From NCBI GenBank assembly GCA_964391935.1, contig CAYMOA010000002.1, positions 995-64,994 of the forward strand: 64,000 nt of DNA. Reading direction: 5' to 3'. The stretch comes from an uncultured Candidatus Saccharibacteria bacterium. Lineage in GTDB: Bacteria; Patescibacteriota; Minisyncoccia; Phycocordibacterales; UBA5272. The notes beneath the pieces are model-generated. The model was given only the letters and a program-made list of their open reading frames with translations. It was not told the DNA's origin and ran no database searches. Shown in pieces: positions 1-9,196 of this stretch (its first letter is position 1; every line of letters starts with the position of its first letter). The position numbers and the translations under genes are program-made.

Positions 1-186
1 CTCAGGAATATTTTAAACGACCCAGAACAAATAATCGAATCAGAACTTGTTGTAGAAATATTTGGCTCCACAAAAGAAAAAGAAGTGGAGAAACAAAAAA
101 GATTAGAAGCTCAGGAAAAAAAAGAACGGGAAAAAACTATTGAATTGAAAGAAGAAAAAGAAGAAGAGTTAAAAGAAGCGGCGTAG
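1..186 (+). CDS. 3' end of an unknown protein with a Glu/Lys-rich tail (partial)
   Basis: Frame 1 is open from the window edge (LRNILNDPEQ...KEAA) to TAG at 184-186. Confidence 0.55.
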   Translation, partial: LRNILNDPEQIIESELVVEIFGSTKEKEVEKQKRLEAQEKKEREKTIELKEEKEEELKEAA

Positions 187-189
187 AAA

Positions 190-672
190 TTAAAAATCTT
201 CGTTATCGTGAATACCTGTTTCAAAATCTTCTGGAACTTTATTTTTATTATTTTTTATATTTTCTTTATCGAGATGTCTTTGCAAAATAAGTGCCGCGGC
301 TCGGTCGTCGACAGCAATATGTTTACCAAGATTATTTTTCCCTTCGTCCAAACTACGAGCATGTTTAGAAGTCATAAATTCTTTTTCATACACAAAAGTT
401 ATTTCCCCATTTAAAATACGAGCTTCATATTTTGCTTTCATATTATCCACAAACTTTTTAGTTTCAGCAAAAATATCATTATGTTCCCCTTTACTATTTA
501 CTGACTCACCAAAGACAACACGCTCGAACAAAACATTGTTCAGCATTTGGTCTATCTCAGTTTCCAGGTTTTCTGTAGGTACAACTTTAAAAGGAACAGC
601 GATTGTGCCTTTGTCATCACTCACTGCTATTCCACATTTTTTTGAACCAAAGTCTATTGCGAGGTATTTCAT
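190..672 (-). CDS. ruvX: YqgF/RuvX-family pre-16S rRNA nuclease
   Basis: LAIDFGSKKCGIAVSD, E-x-x-TS and DDRAAALILQ motifs. Confidence 0.9.
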   Translation of the reverse strand: MKYLAIDFGSKKCGIAVSDDKGTIAVPFKVVPTENLETEIDQMLNNVLFERVVFGESVNSKGEHNDIFAETKKFVDNMKAKYEARILNGEITFVYEKEFMTSKHARSLDEGKNNLGKHIAVDDRAAALILQRHLDKENIKNNKNKVPEDFETGIHDNEDF

Positions 673-720
673 AACTGCATTCTACCATAAAATTCCATTT
701 ATCATGCTAGACTTTTTTAG

Positions 721-1290
721 ATGCAAGTTTCATTCGTTATAGTCGCTTCACTATTAGCAGTACTTGGAAATTTGAAATATTTAAGAGATGTTTTCTCCGG
801 GAAAATCCAACCTCATGCCTATACCTGGTTTGTCTGGACTATTGTTTCTTGTATAGTTTTCTTTGGCTCTCTCTCAAGGGGAGCAGGGATCGGCGCCATA
901 CCAATATTAATATCTGAGTTGTTCACAATAGTCATATTTATTTTTTCATTAAAAAATGGTTTTAAAAATGTTGAAACTATAGATCATATATTTTTAATAA
1001 TTGCCCTTACTGGTTTAATCCCCTGGTATTTAACGTCTGACCCCACAATTTCTGTAATTGTCGCAGTAGCAATTGATTTTACAGCTTTTATACCAACTAT
1101 CAGGAAAACATTTTTACGACCTGAAAGTGAAAATTATATTTTGTATATTACAAATGCTTCTCGACATATTTTAATTTTACTGTCTGTTGACACTTATAAT
1201 ATAGCAACTACTCTGCACTCTATTGTCATGATAATGTTAAATTCGATTATGACTTATCTAACTGTATTTAAAAAGAGAAATAATAGATAA
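721..1290 (+). CDS. Multi-pass membrane protein (PQ-loop-like)
   Basis: About 7 hydrophobic segments; QPHAYTW and PTIRKT motifs. Confidence 0.65.
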   Translation: MQVSFVIVASLLAVLGNLKYLRDVFSGKIQPHAYTWFVWTIVSCIVFFGSLSRGAGIGAIPILISELFTIVIFIFSLKNGFKNVETIDHIFLIIALTGLIPWYLTSDPTISVIVAVAIDFTAFIPTIRKTFLRPESENYILYITNASRHILILLSVDTYNIATTLHSIVMIMLNSIMTYLTVFKKRNNR

Positions 1291-1362
1291 TTGTCCTTTT
1301 GCTCAAGACAGGAAGTTGCATTTTTCCGGTTTTCGATTCCTTTGTGCCAAGTACGAAATAAA

Positions 1363-1391
1363 TTTTAAAACCCACATACGTGGGCTTAAAA
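1363..1391. terminator. Hairpin between convergent units, downstream of tRNA-Arg
   Basis: ttttaaaacccac-atac-gtgggcttaaaa imperfect inverted repeat. Confidence 0.5.
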
Positions 1392-1399
1392 TTTATTTG

Positions 1400-1471
1400 T
1401 GCTCGAGACAGGAATCGAACCTGTATCGTAGGTACCGCAAACCTATATTCTATCCATTGAACTACCCGAGC
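1400..1471 (-). tRNA. tRNA-Arg(GCG), CCA not encoded
   Basis: Minus strand: acceptor GCTCGGG/CTCGAGC, anticodon arm TAGGT-TTGCGGT-ACCTA, T arm ACAGG-TTCGATT-CCTGT. Confidence 0.93.
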
Positions 1472-1547
1472 AGTGGAGAGTATTTTAACACAAAAAAACA
1501 CTTTTGTAAAAGTGCTTTTTTGATTTTATAAAATGAGTAATATTTAA

Positions 1548-1736
1548 TTAAACGATTTCGAATTTTTGCAGGAGAACATAAACACCAGAAAGACCAACAA
1601 GTGCGTAAACAAGTGTTTCTAGAGCTGGCATCATTCCAAAGATCATGTTAACCAAGTTAATACCTAGTACCCCAAGTCCCCAGTTCAAAGCTCCGATAAC
1701 TACTAACCACCATGCGATTGTTCCTATAGTTTGCAT
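1548..1736 (-). CDS. DUF378 family small membrane protein
   Basis: LVVIGALNWGL...LVYALVGLSG signature. Confidence 0.9.
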   Translation of the reverse strand: MQTIGTIAWWLVVIGALNWGLGVLGINLVNMIFGMMPALETLVYALVGLSGVYVLLQKFEIV

Positions 1737-1833
1737 ATATATGTTTTTGTCCTCAAGGAAATAATTATTCGCTTGAGTTATCTAAAGTATAAGCATTTAA
1801 CCCCCTAGTGTGCAAGTGACTTTTCCCCCACCA

Positions 1834-3003
1834 CTACTTTTTTAACTTATAACTCTTATACTTGTAGAAATACACAACGGCAAGGTTTACTAAAAATGTT
1901 AGAAATAATAGGACTCCGAAATAGACAACTCCAACGGTAGTAATTTTTGGATAGGTATCACGAATCATATAGTTGATTATCCCCGCAACCACGCCAATCG
2001 TAGTGATAAGTGTAAGTGATGAAATAGAAGACTTGGTACTTTCTGTTTGCAGCACACCGAGTGTTTCGTTAGCAGAGTTCAAATAATTCTTGGTCATAGC
2101 CCAAAGACTTTTTATATAGTCATGAGTGTCGAGTAGAGTTTCAAATTTGTATTGAAGAAGTGGTTGCAAGTCTTTATGGGTTTGTGTGAGGTCAGTAAGT
2201 TTTTGTCTAGTCTTTAGATAGGTTGGCATCTGGTTTATACGCGCTTCTATCAGAGTAATAGTTTTCCCTTCTTCTTGCAATTCTTCCCTTATTTTCAAAA
2301 TATCTTTACCTCTGATACTTTCTTTTTCTTTTATTAGTTTTATCTTTTCCCAGATCTCGCGGTGGATGTGCAGGTAACGTGCCATCTGAGTTTTGAATTC
2401 TCGGAAAAATATTTCTGTCTCCGCAAAGACATCAAACATTTCTTTGATGTTTTGGATTACCATTACTTTTTTACCTTTAAAAACTGATACCCCACTTTCT
2501 GTTATTTTTGAGTTGGGAGTATCATTTAATTTTTCAAAAATTTCTTTTATGAATTTATCTTTCTTTACACCTTCACTTTCGGATTCTACTTCTAAAATAA
2601 ATGGGTAAACATTCTCGATCTTTGCTAGCTCCTTGGGAACAGGTGCCCCACGAGAAAAAATATATGAGATTGATGTAGACAAATTGTTTTCATAAAAACT
2701 TTTTATTTTCTCTATTTCTACTTTTAATAATTTTAAATCACTTGTATACAACTCTTGTTTTAAAGTGATCAATCCGTCTTCGGTGATTTTTAATCGTAAA
2801 TTACCTTTTAAGCTAACTTCTATATATTCTATTTCATCACTTACTCTTTCGAATTTTTGAAGACTTAAAGTTTTTAAATTTTTCTGGAGGATTTTTTTAT
2901 CAAGTCCTATTAAATCTTTGCCAGCAAAAAAACTATACACTTCTGTTAAATGAAGTGTTGTTCTCTGAAACCAACCACCGATTGTAATTGACTTGATATT
3001 CAC
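1834..3003 (-). CDS. Hypothetical protein, coiled coil plus two C-terminal TM helices (CorA-like topology)
   Basis: 389-aa ORF with a helical body and two terminal hydrophobic segments; no GMN motif. Confidence 0.55.
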   Translation of the reverse strand: MNIKSITIGGWFQRTTLHLTEVYSFFAGKDLIGLDKKILQKNLKTLSLQKFERVSDEIEYIEVSLKGNLRLKITEDGLITLKQELYTSDLKLLKVEIEKIKSFYENNLSTSISYIFSRGAPVPKELAKIENVYPFILEVESESEGVKKDKFIKEIFEKLNDTPNSKITESGVSVFKGKKVMVIQNIKEMFDVFAETEIFFREFKTQMARYLHIHREIWEKIKLIKEKESIRGKDILKIREELQEEGKTITLIEARINQMPTYLKTRQKLTDLTQTHKDLQPLLQYKFETLLDTHDYIKSLWAMTKNYLNSANETLGVLQTESTKSSISSLTLITTIGVVAGIINYMIRDTYPKITTVGVVYFGVLLFLTFLVNLAVVYFYKYKSYKLKK

Positions 3004-3020
3004 TTACCCGAGTTTAACAT

Positions 3021-3800
3021 CTAACTTCTCAGTTTCCAACCAGTTTTAAAGATCCAAACAGTGATGCCGAGAAAAATTATCGCAAGAGATGTGAGTACGG
3101 TGAGCCCAAGTAAAATCGAAGAATCATTTTGCCCCGTGAGAGCATAACGTATACCGTCTGTTGCATAAAATAGTGGATTGAGATGAACCAGAAAACGCAT
3201 ACTTTCTGGTAACATCGACACTGAGTAAAATGCCCCACCAAGAAATGAAAGTGGTGTGATCACAAAGTTAGTAATGATCCCAAACTTTTCAAAACTATTG
3301 TCCGCCCAGATGCCAGCCACTATCCCCATCAGACCAAAGACAAATGAAACTAATAAGACATAGAAAACCAAGAGTAATGGATGTTCGAAAGTGTTTACAC
3401 CAAAAGCGATCCCTACAATAGAAAGTGCAACCATGATAGCAAGACCTCGGAAAAGTCCATTAACTATGAGAGACAAAACTAGTTCAACATAGGAAATAGG
3501 TAGAGTGAGAAAGTCTTCTAAAGTTTTCTGGAACTTCATAAAATAAATAGAAAAAGAGGTTGCAGAGAAAACAGCAAGTATCAAGTTCATGGTAAAAATA
3601 CCAGGAAAAACAAATGAAATATATTTGATACCTTGGATATCACCGATACGTGGACCAACAATATATCCGAAAATAAAGATGTAGAGAGAAGCGGTGATTA
3701 GCGGTGCAACAATCGCTTGTACTACTACTCGTTTGTTTCTATAAACTTCTCTTTCAATAAGAGTGAAAAATGGTGTAAGTCTGATTAATATATTTTGCAT
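3021..3800 (-). CDS. ABC-2 type permease (YadH-like)
   Basis: YISFVFPG, PLSFLGGAFY and NPLFYATDGIRYAL motifs. Confidence 0.9.
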   Translation of the reverse strand: MQNILIRLTPFFTLIEREVYRNKRVVVQAIVAPLITASLYIFIFGYIVGPRIGDIQGIKYISFVFPGIFTMNLILAVFSATSFSIYFMKFQKTLEDFLTLPISYVELVLSLIVNGLFRGLAIMVALSIVGIAFGVNTFEHPLLLVFYVLLVSFVFGLMGIVAGIWADNSFEKFGIITNFVITPLSFLGGAFYSVSMLPESMRFLVHLNPLFYATDGIRYALTGQNDSSILLGLTVLTSLAIIFLGITVWIFKTGWKLRS

Positions 3801-3804
3801 GAAT

Positions 3805-4527
3805 TTATTTGGTTATTTCGATATATTTATTTTCTAATTTCCCGCCTTCCATGGCCGTTTTCATTTCTTCATCGTAGAGAATATTTCCATCTTTTATAAT
3901 CACTACACGCTCACACATTTCTTCTATTTCTTCTAAGTAGTGAGATGTCAGGATCATGGTTTTTCCTTTGGCTTTCAGAACTCTCAAATATTCCCAGATA
4001 GCACGTCGTGTTTCCACATCCACCCCTGCTGTTGGCTCATCAAGAATTATTATTTCTGGGTTATAGATTAGTGACTTGGCAACAATAGTCCTTCTTTTCA
4101 AACCCCCAGAAAGAAATTGGAATCTTTTTTTCCTGTGTGGCTGCAACTCAAACACATCCAGCATCTCTTCTATTTTTTTATTTCTTTCCTCTCCAATAAT
4201 CCCAAAAAACCCAGCCTGGAAATAGAGTACATCTTCGACTGTTTGAAAAATATCAATATTGAACTCTTGTGGAGACAAACCGATTTTACTTCTGGCATTT
4301 TTATAATCATCAACCACATCATGACCAAAAACCTGGATAGTCCCAGATGTTGGTTCAGAAACACCGGTGATACAGTGGATTGTGGATGTCTTCCCAGCAC
4401 CGTTTGGACCCAGGATTCCTACGAACTCCCCACGTTTGATCTCCAGGTTTAAACCCTTTAATGTCAGGTGTTCCTTTTTATTATTTTTATATATTTTAAC
4501 TAAATTTTCTATTTTGATCGCTGTCAT
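3805..4527 (-). CDS. ABC transporter ATP-binding protein (YadG-like)
   Basis: GPNGAGKT, LSGG and ILDEPT motifs, H-loop. Confidence 0.93.
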   Translation of the reverse strand: MTAIKIENLVKIYKNNKKEHLTLKGLNLEIKRGEFVGILGPNGAGKTSTIHCITGVSEPTSGTIQVFGHDVVDDYKNARSKIGLSPQEFNIDIFQTVEDVLYFQAGFFGIIGEERNKKIEEMLDVFELQPHRKKRFQFLSGGLKRRTIVAKSLIYNPEIIILDEPTAGVDVETRRAIWEYLRVLKAKGKTMILTSHYLEEIEEMCERVVIIKDGNILYDEEMKTAMEGGKLENKYIEITK

Positions 4528-4529
4528 AT

Positions 4530-5066
4530 TTATTCTTTCTTCATTTCGATCATTCCCATATAGTCTTGCTTGCCGATGTTCGCTCCTTTATGACGCAATA
4601 TGCCATAGGCTGTTACAAGATGAAAGAAAGTATTTTGTATAACATAGTCTCCCATATATGAGTGGGCATCAAAATACATCCCCTCTGGAATCCAACCAAG
4701 TTTAATTTTCATCCCTGCAGGGTCAGCTATTTTTTCTGGGTCGATAGTTAAAACAAATTCTCTCGTCTTTTTTATTCTTTCTATTAGATCAGAAAAAGTT
4801 TTTTCTGTATCTGAAAACGCTGGCTTCTCAACTTGTGCGGCACGAGCTATCCCACCTGCAACATTGTCAGCAAATATTTGAAATTGTTTTTTTAAATCAA
4901 ACATGTCTGGTGCCAGTCTTTCAGCCAATAATTCTTCTTCGGTTATATTTTTTTCTTTTGCAAAGTCAGCTCCTTTTTGTAAAAGATGAGTGGCAGTATC
5001 GCAAGCACGGAGTAATGCGTGATGGATAAATTTGTAATTTTCTTTTGGGTTTGTATTCATATGCAC
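4530..5066 (-). CDS. DUF1993 family (DinB-like) protein
   Basis: RLAPDMF and NTFFHLVTAYGILRHKGANIGKQDYMG motifs. Confidence 0.88.
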   Translation of the reverse strand: MHMNTNPKENYKFIHHALLRACDTATHLLQKGADFAKEKNITEEELLAERLAPDMFDLKKQFQIFADNVAGGIARAAQVEKPAFSDTEKTFSDLIERIKKTREFVLTIDPEKIADPAGMKIKLGWIPEGMYFDAHSYMGDYVIQNTFFHLVTAYGILRHKGANIGKQDYMGMIEMKKE

Positions 5067-5097
5067 TCAGTCTAACACACCAGTCAAGATTTACAGA

Positions 5098-6579
5098 TTA
5101 CAGCGGTAATGATACAAAAAATGTTGATCCTTTTTTCTCTCCATCACTTTCTACCCAGATTTTCCCACTGTGTGCCTCTACCATTTGTTTACACACATAA
5201 AGTCCTAGTCCTGTCCCGTCTGGTCTAGTTTTCTTGGCATTTTCTAATCTAGTAAATCTTTGGAAGAGTTTGTCTAACAATTCCTTTTCAATACCAATTC
5301 CAGAATCCTTTACACTCAATAATACATTTTTTTCTTTTACAACTACAGCCACATCTATGTCATTACTAGAATAACTGATTGCATTGTCTAGTAGGTTAGA
5401 AATGACTTCGGTAATTTTCGAGACATCACAGTTTACGATTGGGAGATTTTCAACTTCTTTAAAACGAATATTTATGTTCGTATCACGAACTTTTTTGAGC
5501 AACCTTTTTTCATCAATCAAAGTTTTAACTAAAGTTCCCAGATCCGTATTTGTCTTATTTAAAACCATATTTTTATCTTCGGCTTTTTTGGCTGATAAGA
5601 ACTGGGCAACAGTTTCTGACATTCTGTTTGCTTCTGTATTAATGACATTTATAAACTTTGCTTCATCCCATAATTTGTCTTGGAACATAGAAATTGAGGA
5701 TTTAATAATGGAAACCGGTGTATTTAGTTGGTGGTTGACTAGGTGCAGAGTTTCTTCTTTCACTTTTAAGAGTTCTTCTAACGTCGATTTTTGAGAAGCA
5801 ATTTTTTTGTTTGCAATTTCCAAAGTCTTAGAATTATTTCGCCAAGAAAAAATCAAAATCAAAATCAGGATCGTAATTATAAATGATAGGAAAGAAATGA
5901 ATATAAGAAAGGGACTTAGTGTCTGACTAGTGATTGTGAAAAAATCGTCCGCTTTGATATCGGTAGCGAGAACTGCTACGGTCTTTCCATTTGAGTCTTT
6001 AATAGGAGCATAACCAGTCAATACTGTCCCATAGTCATCTGTGTAAAGTTCTGCAGCGGTTAATGGGCCATTATATGAAGCTTTTGTTTCTGGAATATCC
6101 ACTGCCTCTGGGTACATCTGACCAGGCCATTGCAATTTGTCTGGACCATCAGGTTCCACCTTACCATCTCTATTTACATCAACATACTTGCTTGTGTCTG
6201 TACCCATATTCACATATGGGTTTATAGAATCAGCATCTACCACAAATTCCATATCTATAGGATCATCTGTAGGATTTGGTGTATATCTAAAGATATACAT
6301 ATATACAACGTCATCATTACTATATTTCGAAGCATGCAGACTTTTTACTATTTTTGTCCACTCTGGTTTTTGCCAATCACTTTCTACCCTGAGTTCTTTT
6401 AAATCATTTGCATCTATATTGGCTGCCGCAGTGATAGAGATAGACAAGAGTCTTTGTCGCAAATTTTCATTTAAAATTTCACTTGTTTGATTATATAGAA
6501 CATAGGAAGTTACAACAACCAAAACTATTATAAAAAATAGAACGAATAAACTTAGAATTGTCGAAAAGTATTTATGCAT
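5098..6579 (-). CDS. Membrane sensor histidine kinase
   Basis: Two TMs around a Cache-like domain; HQLNTP H-box, NLLDNA, DSGIG and GTGLGL boxes. Confidence 0.92.
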   Translation of the reverse strand: MHKYFSTILSLFVLFFIIVLVVVTSYVLYNQTSEILNENLRQRLLSISITAAANIDANDLKELRVESDWQKPEWTKIVKSLHASKYSNDDVVYMYIFRYTPNPTDDPIDMEFVVDADSINPYVNMGTDTSKYVDVNRDGKVEPDGPDKLQWPGQMYPEAVDIPETKASYNGPLTAAELYTDDYGTVLTGYAPIKDSNGKTVAVLATDIKADDFFTITSQTLSPFLIFISFLSFIITILILILIFSWRNNSKTLEIANKKIASQKSTLEELLKVKEETLHLVNHQLNTPVSIIKSSISMFQDKLWDEAKFINVINTEANRMSETVAQFLSAKKAEDKNMVLNKTNTDLGTLVKTLIDEKRLLKKVRDTNINIRFKEVENLPIVNCDVSKITEVISNLLDNAISYSSNDIDVAVVVKEKNVLLSVKDSGIGIEKELLDKLFQRFTRLENAKKTRPDGTGLGLYVCKQMVEAHSGKIWVESDGEKKGSTFFVSLPL

Positions 6580-6599
6580 ATTTAGAGTATATTCGCAAA

Positions 6600-8432
6600 T
6601 TAGACATCTAACAACTTTTCAAGTTGTTCATTAGGAACATCCTTGAGGAAAAACGTCAGTTTAGGTCCAGATTTAATCCCAAATAAAAGCTCGTAAACGA
6701 GCAGGAAAAATTTTGCTTGTCGGTTTTTTAAATCAGTTTTGGACTCTTCTCCCATTTTAGGTAAATCATAAAGTGCTTTTTTGAATTCCTCATAACTTAG
6801 GTTATCTTTATCCTTTAGAAGTTCCGACAAATTATGTACCAAATCCATCTCAGTTTGGCTCATTGAGGAGATATAGTCAACATTTGGAACATCCAGCAAG
6901 GAACAAAAACTGTCATCTTGCAATTTAGCATACCTCACATCTGTTACATTTTCTTTTATCAATTGTAAGTCGAGATAAATATTGTTGGCAGTATTATTCG
7001 TATTTTCATCTTTTTTTTCTTTTTGTGTTTGCATCCTCAAGATTTTGTAAACTTTTTTGAATTGCATTTCAGTATAAAAATCGAAATTTGGTATTATCTT
7101 TTCCACATTGATAATCGGTTTAACTACATACTCATAAATTTCCCTTTGGGGTAAAGTAGGTTTTGCAATTGTATTACCATTTATACTGATACAAGACGCA
7201 CCTTCACCATAACCACCATATTGGTTAACTCCACGTTCTACGCCCAGAGAATGCAAATGTGTGTTATGGAGGAATACGGCTTCGATTTTCTCTTTTGAAC
7301 CTAGACTTTTATTTAAAAAATCTAAAACAGATTTACTTGTTCCAAAGAGAGAAATATACATCGAATTATGTGCATAAAGAGGGTTTTCAAAATACTCATT
7401 TAAGTCTTCATCTTTTTCATATTTTTGTACAAATACAATAGGTGAAAAAAGTTCTGTGAAATTACCTCCCAAAGACAAATCCTTCTCAATTAAAGTTGGA
7501 TAAAGTAATGATTTTTTAGTATCAATTATGCCACAAAGATTGTTGTCCAAGAATTTATAATTATCAACCAACAATTCTTGTACTCGTACTAAATCTTCCA
7601 AATCGTTTGTTGGACCTACAGTACATTCTCTATCGCTATACTCTCCTACCTTAAGGAGATTTATTCCTTTTTTAAGTTCTAGAATGAATTTTTCATATAT
7701 TTTCTTATGAACCAAAATGGAATTAGGGGCTGCACAGTCCTGGCCCTGATTATAAAACTGCACAGATATAACCGCTTCTACAGCATTTTCTATATTTGCA
7801 TCATCACTTACAACTACTGGGTTATGTCCTGAACCATTGGTAATAAAAAGAGTTCTTTTATCGAAAACTGTTTTTAATTGTTCTGCGTGACTAGTTTTAC
7901 CAGTGAAGATTACTACATCTGTTACTGGCCAAGTTTCCCCAGTTTTGGGGTCGACCCTCAAGGCTGATCTCTCAGTTAAAAACTCGAGTCTTTCTTTTTT
8001 TGATACAAAAACATTTGGGAAAAGTTTTTGTATCTCGAGAACTTCTAATAAATCCCCAAAAAAATGTTTCATTGAGTGTGGTATGCGAAAATGTACTTCT
8101 GTAGACATGAGTGAAGGTACAATCACGAAACAGGAAAATGCATATAGTGGTTGGTTTCTAGGTAAAAAAGTAGTTGTTGGACCAACTCGTAATTTAAAAT
8201 ATTCCTCATTTTCTTTTAAATTACGTAGTAAGTCCAAAGCTCTGTCAGTTTCATCACTTACAACTTCATAACTCTCATACTTTAAAAGTATATTAGATAT
8301 TTGCTCAGACTTTTCTTCTATGATGTCCGCAAGTTTATTTGCTAACTGGTTCACTCTATCAAACTCTATTTCTGAGTAAAGTAGAGAAGGTGAAATTTTC
8401 TGAGTTTCTGCCACTAACATTTTATTTATCAA
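6600..8432 (-). CDS. Aldehyde dehydrogenase-family protein with a C-terminal class I LysRS anticodon-binding-like domain
   Basis: FTGK, GSGHNP, NQGQDC and ELFSP (ALDH); C-terminal FFLLVYELLFGIKSGPKLTFF. Confidence 0.7.
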   Translation of the reverse strand: MINKMLVAETQKISPSLLYSEIEFDRVNQLANKLADIIEEKSEQISNILLKYESYEVVSDETDRALDLLRNLKENEEYFKLRVGPTTTFLPRNQPLYAFSCFVIVPSLMSTEVHFRIPHSMKHFFGDLLEVLEIQKLFPNVFVSKKERLEFLTERSALRVDPKTGETWPVTDVVIFTGKTSHAEQLKTVFDKRTLFITNGSGHNPVVVSDDANIENAVEAVISVQFYNQGQDCAAPNSILVHKKIYEKFILELKKGINLLKVGEYSDRECTVGPTNDLEDLVRVQELLVDNYKFLDNNLCGIIDTKKSLLYPTLIEKDLSLGGNFTELFSPIVFVQKYEKDEDLNEYFENPLYAHNSMYISLFGTSKSVLDFLNKSLGSKEKIEAVFLHNTHLHSLGVERGVNQYGGYGEGASCISINGNTIAKPTLPQREIYEYVVKPIINVEKIIPNFDFYTEMQFKKVYKILRMQTQKEKKDENTNNTANNIYLDLQLIKENVTDVRYAKLQDDSFCSLLDVPNVDYISSMSQTEMDLVHNLSELLKDKDNLSYEEFKKALYDLPKMGEESKTDLKNRQAKFFLLVYELLFGIKSGPKLTFFLKDVPNEQLEKLLDV

Positions 8433-8763
8433 TATGCATCAAAGCAATTCCAATAATTGTTGTAGCAATCCCTATATATTTGTACATAGATGTTGAGGCC
8501 CATTCGCCAAAAAAAACTAATCCTACAAAAATCGTACACAGTGTAAGAGCACTGTCTAGAGTAGCAGCTCCTACAGATACACCTACTTTTTCTACTACTA
8601 AACCAAAAGTGATGAAAACAACTGGTGAAAGTACAAATATTAGTGGCAACCACCAAGTGTATATTTTATTTGGTTGCTCTGCCCAGATTGCACTTACAGT
8701 GTTGGCTGCTACTGCAACTCCCACCGCAAATATGATTAATCCCCAAATATATATTTTTTCCAT
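8422..8763 (-). CDS. SMR/DMT-like 4-TM protein
   Basis: 113 aa, four TMs, GLVFFGE...IGIA pattern. Confidence 0.7.
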   Translation of the reverse strand: MEKIYIWGLIIFAVGVAVAANTVSAIWAEQPNKIYTWWLPLIFVLSPVVFITFGLVVEKVGVSVGAATLDSALTLCTIFVGLVFFGEWASTSMYKYIGIATTIIGIALMHIDK

Positions 8764-8778
8764 AACTTTTTTAAATGA

Positions 8779-9165
8779 TTACTTCTTTGACAGAATTTCA
8801 CTTACCTTTTCTACCAAGTCTTCACCAGAAAAATCAACTTTCTTTAGATATGCAGATGCGCCCATATTTATGGCCTTATCTATACTTTCTGCACTTCCAG
8901 AATTAGACCAAACGATTACTTTTACGTTTTGTTTACCTTGGTCAATAAAGTTTTGGTGAATGGAATTGAGAACATCATAACCATCCATTTCTGGCATCAT
9001 GATGTCTAAAAGTACAACATCTGGGGTATCTTTTGATAGACCTTCTAATAATTCCAAACCATTTTTAAATGATGAAACTGCATACCCTGCTTTTTTAAAT
9101 CTCTCGGAGTAAATTTCCACCAAAGCTTCCTCGTCTTCTGCGATAAAGATTTTTAGATTGTTCAT
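8779..9165 (-). CDS. Single-domain response regulator
   Basis: IAEDE, LLDIMMPEMDG and conserved Lys; start set at the ATG of MNNLK. Confidence 0.9.
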   Translation of the reverse strand: MNNLKIFIAEDEEALVEIYSERFKKAGYAVSSFKNGLELLEGLSKDTPDVVLLDIMMPEMDGYDVLNSIHQNFIDQGKQNVKVIVWSNSGSAESIDKAINMGASAYLKKVDFSGEDLVEKVSEILSKK

Positions 9166-9196
9166 AACTACTAATATGGTAGCAACTTTTAAATTA

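Noticed and set aside
1268-1531. ORFs 1268-1501 (-) and 1316-1531 (+)
   Set aside because: Both overlap tRNA-Arg and have no protein features.
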